From contig OZ024762.1 of assembly GCA_964016885.1 (NCBI GenBank), positions 1,302,001 to 1,366,000 of the forward strand: a DNA stretch of 64,000 nt, given 5' to 3'. The notes under the pieces were generated by a model that worked only from the letters and a program-made list of their open reading frames with translations, did no database searches and was not told the DNA's origin. The DNA comes from Eledone cirrhosa (taxonomy: Eukaryota). Position numbers and translations under genes: made by a program. Of this stretch, positions 12,041 through 23,934 are shown in pieces (position 1 is the first letter of the stretch; every line of letters begins with the position of its first letter).

Positions 12041-15000
12041 CTATATATATACATATATCTATATATACATATACATACACATACATATATATATATACAT
12101 ACATATACATATATCTATATATATACACATACATATACATATATATATACACATGCATATATCCATACATGTGTATATTTATACATACATGCCTGCACCA
12201 TACTCAGGTACATACATACATCTCTCTCCCCTTCTACCCCCCCCCTCTCTACTCTCCCCCACTCCCCTACCCCCCATTCACCATATTTATATTTCTCTGG
12301 TCAAGTTTAATGCAGTCCCTGGAGGAGGATTACAAGGACTCAGCCCCAGAACCAGGACTTACCGGTACAATTGGTGGAGATTATGCCGTTTATTTTCCAA
12401 TAGAAGACCAAGTATATGACTGGTATCGAGTGAGAGTACACGACATGCTTCACAGCAACCTACTACAGGTAAATATCATCAAGGTACCCTTGGGTCCCAA
12501 ATAATTGGGGGGGGGGGTAATTTTATATAAGAACCCTACATTAAGTTACTATCTTAGTAATGATATAATTAATAATTTTAGTAAATATTTCCAAATTGTT
12601 CATTAATTAATTAAAATAGAATATAATTCATTAGAAATGCAGCCATGAAAGGGTTAAAACGACGCCATTGCTTGAATTTTTCAGGTTTTCTTCGTAGACT
12701 TCGGTAATACGGAAATAGTTCAGGTTTCCAACATACGTATGTTAAATACAAAGTTTCTGATGTATTCTTCATACGCTATGAAGTGTCACCTCTTTGGTTA
12801 TATCTCAGCTGGGGACAAGAAGGAATGGTCCCAGACTGCCTGCGAGTTTGCTTTGGAAGAACTGAAGGGAAAAAGGTATTATGTTGTGAAAAAGGTAAGA
12901 CATTTTTACGTTAAGGGTTGTATATATACTATATAGTGTTGTATATACTCTATATACAGTGTTATATATATATATATTATAGACTTTGTATAGTGTTGTA
13001 TATATATATATAGTGCTGTATATACTATATATACAGTATATATACAGTGTTGTATACTATATATACATTGTTGCATATATACTATGTATAGTGTTGTAAG
13101 ATAGATTGAGGGGACGGGCGGGGAGGAATTGGAATAAAATGTCTTTAGACAAAAATGACAGGTCCATTCATGTTGACATCTGTATTATATATATATATAT
13201 GTGTGTGTGTGTGTATAAAAATATACGTTAGGAAGGCGAGGCTGTGTGGTTACTGAAAACAAAGTGTTAGAAGATAAGGTGACACAAACAAGAGATGAAA
13301 AGTTTCCCTTCATCAGCTGTTTACTACGGATCATGGATGTTTTGGCACATTATATATATATCTGTCTCTATCTCTCTCTTTCCAGGAAGAGATTGTCAAC
13401 AGTTCTCTACCTGTAGATCTCCTCATTGAAAACTTCACAGCAGAAACGGCCCTGGAACCTGCATCTCGAAAATATTACAGCCTTGGCAAAAGCTTACAAG
13501 AAAACGGACTGGCCATACCTACAAGAAGGTAAAAATATTTTTAATAAGACACTTATTGCACTCTTTAACCCTTTCAAAACTATATTTCTAATGAAAGACA
13601 CTGTCTATCTCATTAACCCTTCCATTACCATATTTCTAATGAAAGACTGTCTATGTCATTAACCCTTCCATTACCATATTTCTAATGAAAGACACTGTCT
13701 ATGTCATTAACCCTTCCATTACCATATTTCTAATGAAAGACACTGTCTATGTCATTAACCCTTCCATTACCATATTTCTCCATTTCAACTATATATTCTT
13801 TCATTTTTAGATCACAATCCAACCGAAGTCTCTCCATTGCTACAGAGATGAGTTGTTTGAAACGACCACCCGACATGCACTTCAAACCTTATCCTTTGCC
13901 CTCAGAGAACTTAATATATGTGGTACCCACCTACATTGATGATGATGGGACTATTTTTGCTCATGAATGTCATAAAGGTAACTTGATACTTGTTCAGTAC
14001 TCTTTGTGTATTTGACTTCAAACTGCACTAAACTGCACCTATTTTAAGCCGCACCTCTCACCCATGCTACATGTCCTACCCCCCCTCTCAATCTACATCT
14101 ATTACTACACTTCCCCTCACATTACACTTGCCTCATACTACACCTCCCTCTTTATTACCTCCTTTCTACTTCTCGTTGGTTTACTTAAGTGAGGGAGGAA
14201 GAGGAGACATTAAAGTTAAACCAGTATTCTCTCCAACCACTATTCTCTCTATTTCAGATGACACGTCCCCATTGGAAGAACTAAACAAACTAATTTATTC
14301 CCACTATCCTAACTGTATCATTGAAGATTTGAAACAGTTTCAGTGGGAAGTGTCTGATTCTTGCCTGTGTTTCTATGAAACCGAGAAAGTCTGGGCCCGA
14401 GCGAAGATCATTGCTGTGCAAGAACTGATCATGGTGAGGAATAGAGATGTAATGACTATCAAAGAGGTCCTCAGTGTTTTTTTATTTTTCTTTTGAAATA
14501 TTTGGTGGGGGATTTTGTTTGTGGTGGACTGGATGTTGTTTTATTGTTTTAGAAGTTTGTGTTTTGTGACCGAGAAATTGTATTTGTTATAGGTAGTAAA
14601 TCACGGTGAAGGAAGGAGATGTGAAGGTTATCAAAGAGTGGTTGTGTAGGTGCCATGACAAAAAGCACCCAGTCTACACTGTAAAGTGGTCATGTAGGTA
14701 TCATGACAAAAAGCACCCAGTCCACTCTGTAAAGTGGTCGTGTAAGCGACACAACAAAAAGCACCCAGTACAGACTCGGTAAAGTGGTTGACATTAGAAG
14801 GCCCTACAGTATGGTCCCTACCACCAATGGTAGACCACACTGAAATATATATATATATATATGCTGTCTGTATGTGATGTTGTCCAAGCGAAAGGCTAAG
14901 GCCGATACAGCTTGGCACCACTGACATTGCAACTGATTTCTAGAGCTGAGTAAACTGGAGCAACATAAAATAAAGTGTCTTGCTCAAGGACACAACACAT

Positions 15001-15376
15001 CACTCAGTCCGAGAACCGAACTCACAACCTCTCAATTGCAAGCCCAACACTCTAACCACTGAGCCATGCTACCTTCACCATACCTAACCACCCAATATTC
15101 TACCTTTAATTACAGACATTTCTCTTGTTTAATTATTCAGGTACGCTACATTGATTTTGGTAACCGGGACAGCGTGACACCGAGCAAACTACGAGCTGAT
15201 ATTGAACCTGTCATGCATATACCCCCTCTTTGTCTTCACATTGCTCTTCATGGAATAGTTCCTGTAAGTTTTTTTGTGGGCCACGAGTGACCCTCGGAAG
15301 TCTCTCCTATTAGGGAATTTTTTCCTTGTTTCTTTTTTTTTTTTTTGTTACATCCTTTGTTTCTGTTTTATATATA

Positions 15377-15424
<48 letters not shown>

Positions 15425-17751
15425 TATATATATATATTTATATATATAGGGAAATAGTCAGGACCCCGACGGCTGAGCTCCGGCCATTTCAACAGCTAGA
15501 TCTGAACTAAACTAGTAGTGTTAGGATGGCCACTAATACTACTGGTTTAGTTCGGATCTAGTTGTCGAAATGGCCGGAGTTCGGCCATCCTGACTCTTTT
15601 CCTATTACCCACTCTACTACCCTAAGTATTGAGTACTCTGGTGGGTTATCTTACCACACCCTCTTTGTTATATATATATATATATATAGATTTTCGTCAA
15701 ATTTGATGAGAGTCGATCGGCTGTCTTTATATATATATTTATATATATATACCGATCCAGACGTATATTATTATCGTCTGGGATCCAGAAACCTTTAGTA
15801 ATGGAGTAGTTATATTTTGTGTTGTTCACTTTCTAATTAAATAGCTCTGTTCTGTACATAGAGCACTCTTTTTTCTTTTGCTTTTCCTAACACATATATA
15901 TATATAAATGTCTGTGTGTTTCCTGTAGATGATGTCTGGTAAATGGACCTCAAATATCTTGGACTTCATGCATGATGCCATTGTTGGGAAACTGTGTGGT
16001 ATTCAACAAATGGTAAGTGGCGGCAGTTTAAATTCTTTCTTCTTTTAAAATATTCAACTTTGCTAAACCTTGTTGGATGCCCCATCTCAATCTTTCTATT
16101 TCTTCTTTAATTCCTCATTCTATTTTCTGATGAAGGACGAGCGTCCGAAACGTTAAGACTCTTTTCCTACTACATCAAGCATAAAACTAATATATCTCTT
16201 CATTGTACTGTCATTTGCTTTGTTATTTCTGTCTGCCTTTTACATACATATATACATACATATATATTTATATATATGCCGTACACACATATACATATAT
16301 ACATACATATATATTTATATATATGCCGTACACACATATACCTATGTATCTGTATGTATCTCATTACTGTATTGTCCCAAACTGCCATATCGCTGAGTTA
16401 ACCAAATGGGTGCTAACTGCTCTTTATAAGCCTTATAACCACACAACGATTGTGCACTTCTATAGTGCAGGATTGCTTGCAAAGCAATTTGGTGAAACTG
16501 CAGTCGGGGCTTTGAAGAAAAAATAGGTATATTTTTGTCTATTGTTTCTTCACATTTTTAATTCGATATATATATATATATATATTTTTTTTTCAATTAT
16601 TTTTCCTTGCCATTAGTCGATGAGAGAAAACGAAATCTGTGAGGTGAGGTTGATAGATTCCGATGGTCAGGAACTGGGGGAGCTTCTATGTGAAAAAAAG
16701 TACACCTACCAAAAATATGGACTGGCTTTCTTGGAAGAACAGAGTAAAAAGATTGCCCAGATGTTGAAGGTTTGTTTCAAAATATTTCTTTCTTTAATAA
16801 TTCTTCGAGTGTTTTATTTGAATCTCACACACTACCAATAACACTAACATAACACTAACATTGGTGACCTTGTCAAGTCCTTAACCCTTTAGTATTCGCA
16901 TTACTCTATACTTACTCTAGTATTGTAGTAAAAGCTTTATCTCACATAATATCGAATCTATGAGATTTTGATGAGAACAATACCTTAACATCAGTATGAG
17001 CAGCCAGTTACAGTCGGTTTGAACAGAATGAGGTGAGAGAATTCTGTTCTACTGGCTAGTTTAAATGCTAAAGGGTTAACACAGATGAAGGGTCCTCCTG
17101 ATATTATGACTAGTGGAGGACATGTACTAACATTGACACACACCACTTGTGGTGGTGGTAGGGATTGTGTTGGTGGTAGTGGTGGTGGTGGTAGGGATTG
17201 TGTTGGTGGTGGTGGTGGTGGTAGGGATTGTGTTGTTGGTAGTGTGGGTGGTGGTGGTAGGGATTGTGGTGGTGGTGGTGGTGGTAGGGATTGTGTTGTT
17301 GGTAGTGTGGGTGGTGGTGGTGGTAGGGATTGTGTTGTTGGTAGTGTGGGTGGTGGTGGTGGTGTGGGTGGTAGGGATTGTGGTGGTGGTGGTGTGGGTG
17401 GTGGTGGTAGGGATTGTGTTGTTGGTAGTGTGGGTGGTGGTGGTAGTAGGGATTGTGTTGTTGGTGGTGGTGGTGGTAGTGGATATGATGATGATATTGG
17501 CAGTGGTGATTATAGTGATGATGATGATGGTAGTGATTGTGTTGTTGTTGGTGTTGGTGGCAGTGGTGGTGGTGTTTGTGATAGTGATGATGATGATATG
17601 TAAAATAAATTTTCTATTTTCTATATTTCAGTCATCCAATCCATACAAAAACATGAAGTTGACTTTTTCTAAATCCATTCCAGTCTTAGTGACACAAGTT
17701 GAACTACCAAATGTGGTAAGTAGTAGTAGTAGTAGTAGTGGTGGCAGCAGC

Positions 17752-17798
<47 letters not shown>

Positions 17799-19752
17799 TA
17801 GCAGTAGTAGTAGTAGTAGGTTGTGTAGGTGTCAGACAAAAAGCACCCAGTCCACGCTGTAAATGAGGTTTGTGCTAGGAAGGGCATCCAGCCATAGGAA
17901 CCAAGCCAGAATAAGTTCTGTATGAGCAAGACAAGGTCACCTGACCTGGCATTGCCCCACAACAGGACAACCCATCTAACCCATGCTAGAGTGGAAAGAT
18001 GGACGTAAAATGGTGATGATGATGATGATGATGATATGTGTTTATATTTTTCATTCTGAAAGAATTATGAATAATTTGTAAAGTTATTTATACAACAGTG
18101 AATAACATTTTCAGTATATATAGCTTAAAGATTGCCTCAAAATGTTTCATCTAACTCATACCACCATTGAAAGGGTTACGTAAAAATGATGATGTGAGGT
18201 GATATATGATATCATTTTTTAAAAAAATCTTTTTTTAAATGTTGTTTTTTTTTATTTGTCTAATTCTTTCCTTTCCAGATATATTTCCAAAATTGTCAGA
18301 GGCCCAGCAATAACGAAGAAAGCCATCGAATTAACAAACAACTTCTCCAGTTAGAAGAGTTATCTGTGGAACTCCACAAGTACGCAGAGACTGCTCCTCC
18401 ATTACACAAACCAGTCATTGGTGAGTGAACCTTACCTCGTACTTTGTTTTAACCCTTTCGGAGGGGGGGGGGCATATTTATGTATGTTTTGTATTTCATT
18501 TATTTGACCATATATGGTAATGTTTGCATCTCTCATTTCCTTCACCATATATGGTAACGTCTGTAGGTAAAGCCTGTTGCTGTCAGTTCACCGTGGATGA
18601 CTGTTGGTACCGCTGTGTTATTGCTGATGTTAAACAGAACGATGTGTTAGTTCTCTACGTTGATTATGGCACCTCGGAATATATTGATATGTCAAGGTAA
18701 GGAGGAAACTTTCTAGAATGTTCTCTTTTATTGGCTGTGAGGGTGGTGGTGGCGGCAGTAGTAGTGGTGGTGTGTTGGTGGTGGTGGTGACAATGGTAGG
18801 ATAGGGCCTATTCAGCACAGCATCTCTCCATTTGTCATGTTCCTTCGTCATCTCCTCCGTGAGCTTCAGCGATCTGAAATCACCACCTCTGCCCATGTTT
18901 TTCGTGGTCTTCCTTCCACCGAGATTTCTTGGCATTTCTTTACCCAGCGGTTATCCTCCATGCGCATCACATGTCCATACCATCTCAGTCTTCTCTCCTG
19001 CACACCACAACTTATCCCTCTTATACACAGTTTCTCTATCAACTTGTCCATGCTTGGTCATTCACGTACGTTGACATTGCACATCCATCCGAACATGCTC
19101 GCTTCATCGCTCTCCAGCCTTCGCATATCCTCCGCAGTTGCTGCCCATTAAATATTATAGTTAATATTGTTACACATCTCACAATATTAACAGCAGCAGA
19201 ACCACCCTTAGGGTAGTTTTCTGCTACCATGTGTAATTGTTACATATCTCACAATGCTTCGTATTAACTAAACTAGTTTATTGTTGTGATATGAAATTAT
19301 TTCAGAGTTCGAGAGATCTCTTCCAAGTACCTAAAGTTGCCATCACAAGCAGTGCGCTGTGTTGTGAAGGACATGAAGGCCCCAACAACATCAATTTGTC
19401 TGTGGACCGAAGAAGCTATGAAAGGTGTAATTGATTGTGTTGTTAACAAAGAATTAAAAGCAGTTTTAAAGGTAAGGCTGGTGTAATAAATGGTGGGGGG
19501 GAGGCATATATATATGAATGGACCTGTTATTTTTATCTAAAGACATTTTTCCCAATTCCACCCCGCCCGTCCTCCTCAATCTATTTTATTTCTCATTCTT
19601 TCTTCTGATGAAGGACTAGCGTCCGAAACGTTAAGACCCTCTTCCTGCTATATCAAGTGTTAACCAAATATATTCCTTCCATATACTGTAGCGATTGTGT
19701 TGTTATTTCTGTTTACATTTTACATATATATATATATCTTTAGTTCTGTGAG

Positions 19753-19784
<32 letters not shown>

Positions 19785-20638
19785 CCTTTAGCTGTTTGTG
19801 TGTGTGTCTCTTTATCTGTGTATGTATGTAAAACAATAATGATTACATAGCGAAACCTGCAATCAGTAGGCACCTCTAACAAAATACACCCCCATCCCAC
19901 TACCCCCACCCCATCCACACCACCCCGTTCTATGTAAAGTTATGTTGGTACCACAACATCCAGTCCGAAACAAATGAGGTCGTGTAAGTGTCACGACAAA
20001 AACACACACAGTCCATGCTGTAATGTGGCCGTGTAGGTAACACGGTAAAAACCTCCCAGCCCCACACTGTAAATGTGGTTGGTGTTAGGAAGGGCATCCA
20101 GCCGTAGAAAACCCGTCAGACAGTCCTATACGAGCACGACAACCACTCTTGCCTCAAGTGGGAAAACTCCCGTCCAAACCCATGCTAGCGTGGAGGATGG
20201 ACGTTAAACGATGATGATGATGATGATGATGATATATATATATAGTACCAGTCTAGTACTGGTGTCAATTCTGCCTCTAAATCTCTTTCTCACTTCCTCT
20301 CTCTCCATATATATATATATATATATATAGTACCAGTCTAGTACTGGGGTCAATTCTGCCTCTAAATCTCTTTCTCACTTCCTCTCTCTCCATATATATA
20401 TATATATATAGTACCAGTCTAGTACTGGGGTCAATTCTGCCTCTAAATCTCTTTCTTACTTCCTCTCTCTCCATATATATATATATATATAGTACCAGTC
20501 TAGTACTGGTGTCAATTCTGCCTCTAAATCTCTTTCTCACTTCCTCTCTCTCCATATATATATATATATATATATATAGTACCAGTCTAGTACTGGGGTC
20601 AATTCTGCCTCTAAATCTCTTTCTCACTTCCTCTCTCT

Positions 20639-20677
<39 letters not shown>

Positions 20678-20996
20678 CAGTCTAGTACTGGGGTCAATTC
20701 TGCCTCTAAATCTCTTTCTCACTTCCTCTCTCTCCATATATATATATATATATATATATAGTACCAGTCTAGTACTGGGGTCAATTCTGCCTCTAAATCT
20801 CTTTCTCACTTCCTCTCTCTCCATATATATATATATATATATATATAGTACCAGTCTAGTACTGGGGTCAATTCTGCCTCTAAATCTCTTTCTCACTTCC
20901 TCTCTCTCCATATATATATATATATATATATATAGTACCAGTCTAGTACTGGGGTCAATTCTGCCTCTAAATCTCTTTCTCACTTCCTCTCTCTCC

Positions 20997-21027
<31 letters not shown>

Positions 21028-21322
21028 CAGTCTAGTACTGGGGTCAATTCTGCCTCTAAATCTCTTTCTCACTTCCTCTCTCTCCATATATATATATATA
21101 TATATATATAGTACCAGTCTAGTACTGGGGTCAATTCTGCCTCTAAATCTCTTTCTCACTTCCTCTCTCTCCATATATATATAAGTAATGCTGTCTTCTG
21201 TTCTGTTCCAGTTTGATCCAGCGTGGCCTAAAGTTGAACTGTTTGATCCAAAAGCCAACTCAGCTCTTGTTTACCAAAGTATTATAGATTCCGGACTTGT
21301 CGGCTTTGAACGGGAGCCCTGA
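305..21322 (+). CDS. RNF17: RNF17/TDRD4 (Qin/Kumo)-like multi-Tudor piRNA-pathway protein, 5' partial (RING/B-box would lie upstream of the window)
   Basis: 32 phase-consistent GT-AG exons: 305-371, 691-739, 1085-1211, 1904-1975, 2828-2940, 3394-3468, 4033-4200, 4430-4589, 4820-4904, 5514-5585, 6135-6288, 6958-7073, 7727-7829, 8558-8733, 8984-9043, 9201-9258, 9881-9986, 10423-10519, 11333-11496, 12306-12468, 12685-12894, 13386-13528, 13811-13977, 14258-14433, 15141-15263, 15929-16012, 16617-16769, 17632-17715, 18279-18420, 18567-18696, 19306-19471, 21212-21322 (TGA). Coiled-coil-like start, then five extended Tudor units ([12 protein letters not shown]; [12 protein letters not shown]; [12 protein letters not shown]; [12 protein letters not shown]; [12 protein letters not shown]). 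[18 protein letters not shown] resembles the vertebrate RNF17 segment as I recall it (DMPVSLRDALVFMELAKF). Tudor call is secure; orthology is from memory. Confidence 0.82.
2215..2705. repeat. 48-bp minisatellite (~10 units)
   Basis: Unit TTACAGAGTGTACTGGGTGTATTATATCATGACACCAGCACTACCACC. Confidence 0.92.
5630..6065 (-). mobile_element. RTE-clade LINE 3' fragment
   Basis: Degenerate translation [52 protein letters not shown] is typical of an RTE ORF C-terminus. Confidence 0.8.
6305..6853. repeat. 15-bp minisatellite
   Basis: (ATACACCCTGTATTT)n, ~36 units. Confidence 0.95.
7935..8190 (-). mobile_element. SINE family A, 5'-truncated
   Basis: Tail and centre match family A. Related partial or sub-family copies at ~14930-15075 (-), ~32190-32450 (-), ~55078-55390 (+), ~56510-56795 (-). 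Confidence 0.7.
10697..11040 (+). mobile_element. tRNA-derived SINE family A (CORE-like centre, RTE-type tail), full length
   Basis: A box TGGCTTAGTGG, B box GAGTTCAATTC, centre TCCTTGAGCAAGACACTT, tail CCTTGCAAGCAGGGAAAAGTGGACGTAAAATG plus short repeat; flanked by (TA)n. Confidence 0.85.
13565..13780. repeat. 46-48-bp tandem repeat of a TTAACCCTT-terminated unit
   Basis: TTAACCCTTCCATTACCATATTTCTAATGAAAGACACTGTCTATGTCA; reverse copies at 62900-63020 and 63405-63560. Confidence 0.85.
16123..16158 (+). ncRNA. Minimal hammerhead ribozyme motif (same family)
   Basis: TTTT-CTGATGA-A-GGAC-GAGC-GTCC-GAAA-CG-TT-AAGA. Confidence 0.65.
16885..17075. mobile_element. piggyBac-like MITE (TTAA TSD)
   Basis: TTAA|CCCTTTAGTATT...AATGCTAAAGGG|TTAA. 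Related partial copies at ~3640-3716, 10016-10345, 44945-45105, 45360-45760, 48095-48502, 61055-61308, 62695-62835. Confidence 0.75.
17148..17600. repeat. (GGT)n-based compound minisatellite
   Basis: GGT runs punctuated by AGGGATTGTGTTGTTGGTAGTGTG. Other trinucleotide tracts at 2950-3245, 7158-7410, 28185-28365, 39875-40260. Confidence 0.85.
18800..19145 (-). mobile_element. RTE-clade LINE 3' fragment
   Basis: [28 protein letters not shown]; same family as 5630-6065. Confidence 0.8.
19601..19636 (+). ncRNA. Minimal type-I hammerhead ribozyme motif within a dispersed repeat
   Basis: TCTT-CTGATGA-A-GGAC-TAGC-GTCC-GAAA-CG-TT-AAGA: stem I TCTT/AAGA, stem II GGAC/GTCC, palindromic stem III ACGT. 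Confidence 0.7.
20245..21182. repeat. Compound tandem repeat: ~62-bp constant unit plus variable (TA)n, 11 copies
   Basis: GTACCAGTCTAGTACTGGGGTCAATTCTGCCTCTAAATCTCTTTCTCACTTCCTCTCTCTCC followed by TA runs. Confidence 0.93.
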
Positions 21323-21927
21323 GGACACCTGAGTCTAAGGAATTCTCTTTTAGAAGATCCCACCACACCATATTTCATAAGAGGCAATCTAATAAGAAAG
21401 GGTTGGCGTTTGGGAACGACATCCAGTTGTTCCTTCGAAACATACAATCCCATCCAGACCATACCAACCCCATGCCAGCAGGGAAAAGTGGCCCTTAAAA
21501 ACTAACAACAATGATGATGATGGTGGTGGTGATGATGGTGTTGATGATGATGGTGTTGATGATGATGATGATGGTGGTGAAGATGAGGAAGAGGAGGTTG
21601 TCAAGACAGACATCAATGGAACTATTTCAAAAGTCCCCCCCCCCCCACAATAATAATAATAATTGTTTCTACTTTTTAAGCACAAGACCAGCAATTTGAA
21701 GGGGAGGGGAAAGTCGATTGAATCACCCCCAGTGCATTACTGGTACTTTATTTTATCAACCCCGTAAGGATGAAAGGCAAAGTTAACCTCGACAGTATCT
21801 GAGTTCAAATCCCGCCGAGGTTGACTTTGCCTTTCATCCTTACGGGGTTGATAAAATAAAGTACCAGTAATACACTGGAGTAATTGCTGGCCTTGTGCCT
21901 AAAGTAGGAGCTATTATTATTGTGACC

Positions 21928-21933
21928 AATAAA
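21928..21933 (+). terminator. Candidate polyadenylation signal of the RNF17-like gene
   Basis: AATAAA ~600 nt after the stop codon, followed by a U-rich tract; further AATAAA copies nearby. Confidence 0.4.
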
Positions 21934-22156
21934 TGAAATTATTTTTTTTTTTAAATAATTGTTTCTAATAAATAAATTGAAGGATTGGACATTTCTTTAT
22001 TTTTAGATTCCAAAAATATGAAAGTTTTGACTTTTTATTGTTGGATATTTTAGTGAAGGGGGGGGGGGGGGTTAATGAAGAGACATTTGTATTAGTTTTG
22101 TATTTATTTTGGTTAGGTTTTGTTTTATTTGAAACCTGAGTTAAAGGCTTACATAT

Positions 22157-22237
<81 letters not shown>

Positions 22238-22787
22238 GAATAAATGAACAAAGAACAAAGAGGTAGTACAAATGATATGGTTTTTAGTTTCACGCTTGAG
22301 AGTTACTGCAGGTTCACTCGGGTGAGCACTCGATGTTTAGCTTCACTTCAGTGTCGAGGTGTAGAGCTAGACAGAGTGTAGTATAGTGAAATACAATAAC
22401 AAAGACGATTGGTTACTCCTTCATTACATTTATTGGCTGGTGACACGTATTTCACCACTGTGTGTCAGGTCTGTTTTCTAAAGCGCTCATATATTCACCT
22501 GGCTTATGCTAAACAGAATAATTTTGAAGCTTGTTTCTTTCCCCCACGGTTAGCCATACTCTCTGTTGTTCTCCTGTCTCACTCGCTTTACGCGTTTCAA
22601 TTGTCCTAATAACTTATTTTGGTTATTATTGCACCGACGTGAGGTATATGATTTTTAATGCAATGAAATATCTATGATCGTCGGCAAATCACTGATGAGG
22701 GACTCATTTTATTACATGTTATCCATGTGCTACCTGCAGTAATTTTCTCTATATTTATTATATATATATATATCTATCTATCTATCT

Positions 22788-22955
22788 AAGGCGGGTAAAA
22801 TTCCCGAGATCCATGGACGAGTTCTCTCCAGCGGTCTCTGTCCCTCATTATCGCTGCCATGTCCTGCATCTCCAACAGACCAGTGTCTGTCCTTAGGGCA
22901 TCAACATATGTTAACCTTGGTCTTCCTCTTCTAGTGTGTCCATGTAGGGGCTCCC
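22788..22955 (-). mobile_element. RTE-like LINE 3' fragment
   Basis: [34 protein letters not shown]. Other LINE remnants at ~27130-27440 (-), ~52100-52390 (-), ~60500-60680 (-), and a possible 5'/APE start (IKMGTLN) at ~34520-34912 (+). Confidence 0.7.
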
Positions 22956-23103
22956 AATATATATATATATACATATATATATATACATACATATATATAT
23001 ACATACATATATATATATATATATATGTATGTATATATATATATATGTATGTATATATATGTATATATATGTGTATGTATATATGTATGTATATATATGT
23101 ATG

Positions 23104-23146
<43 letters not shown>

Positions 23147-23181
23147 ATGTATATATATATATATATATAATATATATATAT

Positions 23182-23520
23182 GGAGCCACATGGCTTAGTG
23201 GTTAGAGCATTGGCCTTGCAATCGAAAGGTTGTGAGTTCAATTCTCAGACCGGGTGATGTGTTGTTTCCTTGAGCAAGACACTTTATTTCACATTGCTCC
23301 AGTTTACTCAGCTGTAGAAATGAGATGATAGGGACTGGGGTCCCTATCATTCCACTTTTAAGTGGACGTGGAGGTGCCACGGCAAAAAAGCACCTAGCAC
23401 TCACTGTAAATGAGGTTGGTGTTAGGAAGGGCATCCAGCTGTAGAAATCAAGCCAGAATCAGTTCCCGTCCCACCCTTGCAAGCAGGGAAAAAGCGGACG
23501 TAAAATGAAATGATGATGAT
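23182..23520 (+). mobile_element. SINE family A, full length
   Basis: Near-identical to 10697-11040. Confidence 0.85.
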
Positions 23521-23934
23521 GTATATATATATATATATATGTATGTATCTGCATATATATATATGTATGTATCTGCATATATATGTATATATATATATAT
23601 ATATATGTTTAATTCATACCTCTGGCCCTCCTAGAAGTTTGTATCTCTTCCTAAATCACTCACAAACTGTCAACATCTGCAGGGGAAAACATGTAGTAAA
23701 CAAAGGTTTACCATAAACAAATATTTGTCATTGGCTTCAATAAAACCTTGTTCCATTTGTCAACAAGCTCATAACATTTTATGAGCTCATAAAATGTTAT
23801 GGATATAGAATTTATGGGGTTTTCCATTTGAAACACGAGAATAATGGATTTTTTTTTTTGCTTCCTCTCTTGACATTAAAGGATAGGACATGACTTTGAG
23901 GTTAACCTGATATATATATATGTATATCATCATC

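Noticed and set aside
17085-17862. Gly-rich or Val-rich ORFs, and the poly-His/Pro/Met/Ile/YI ORFs throughout
   Set aside because: Di- and trinucleotide microsatellite translations in introns or intergenic DNA.
20245-21182. CRISPR-like repeat-spacer array
   Set aside because: Spacers are only (TA)n of varying length, the repeat is 62 bp and SINE-tail-derived, there are no cas genes, and it sits in a eukaryotic intron.
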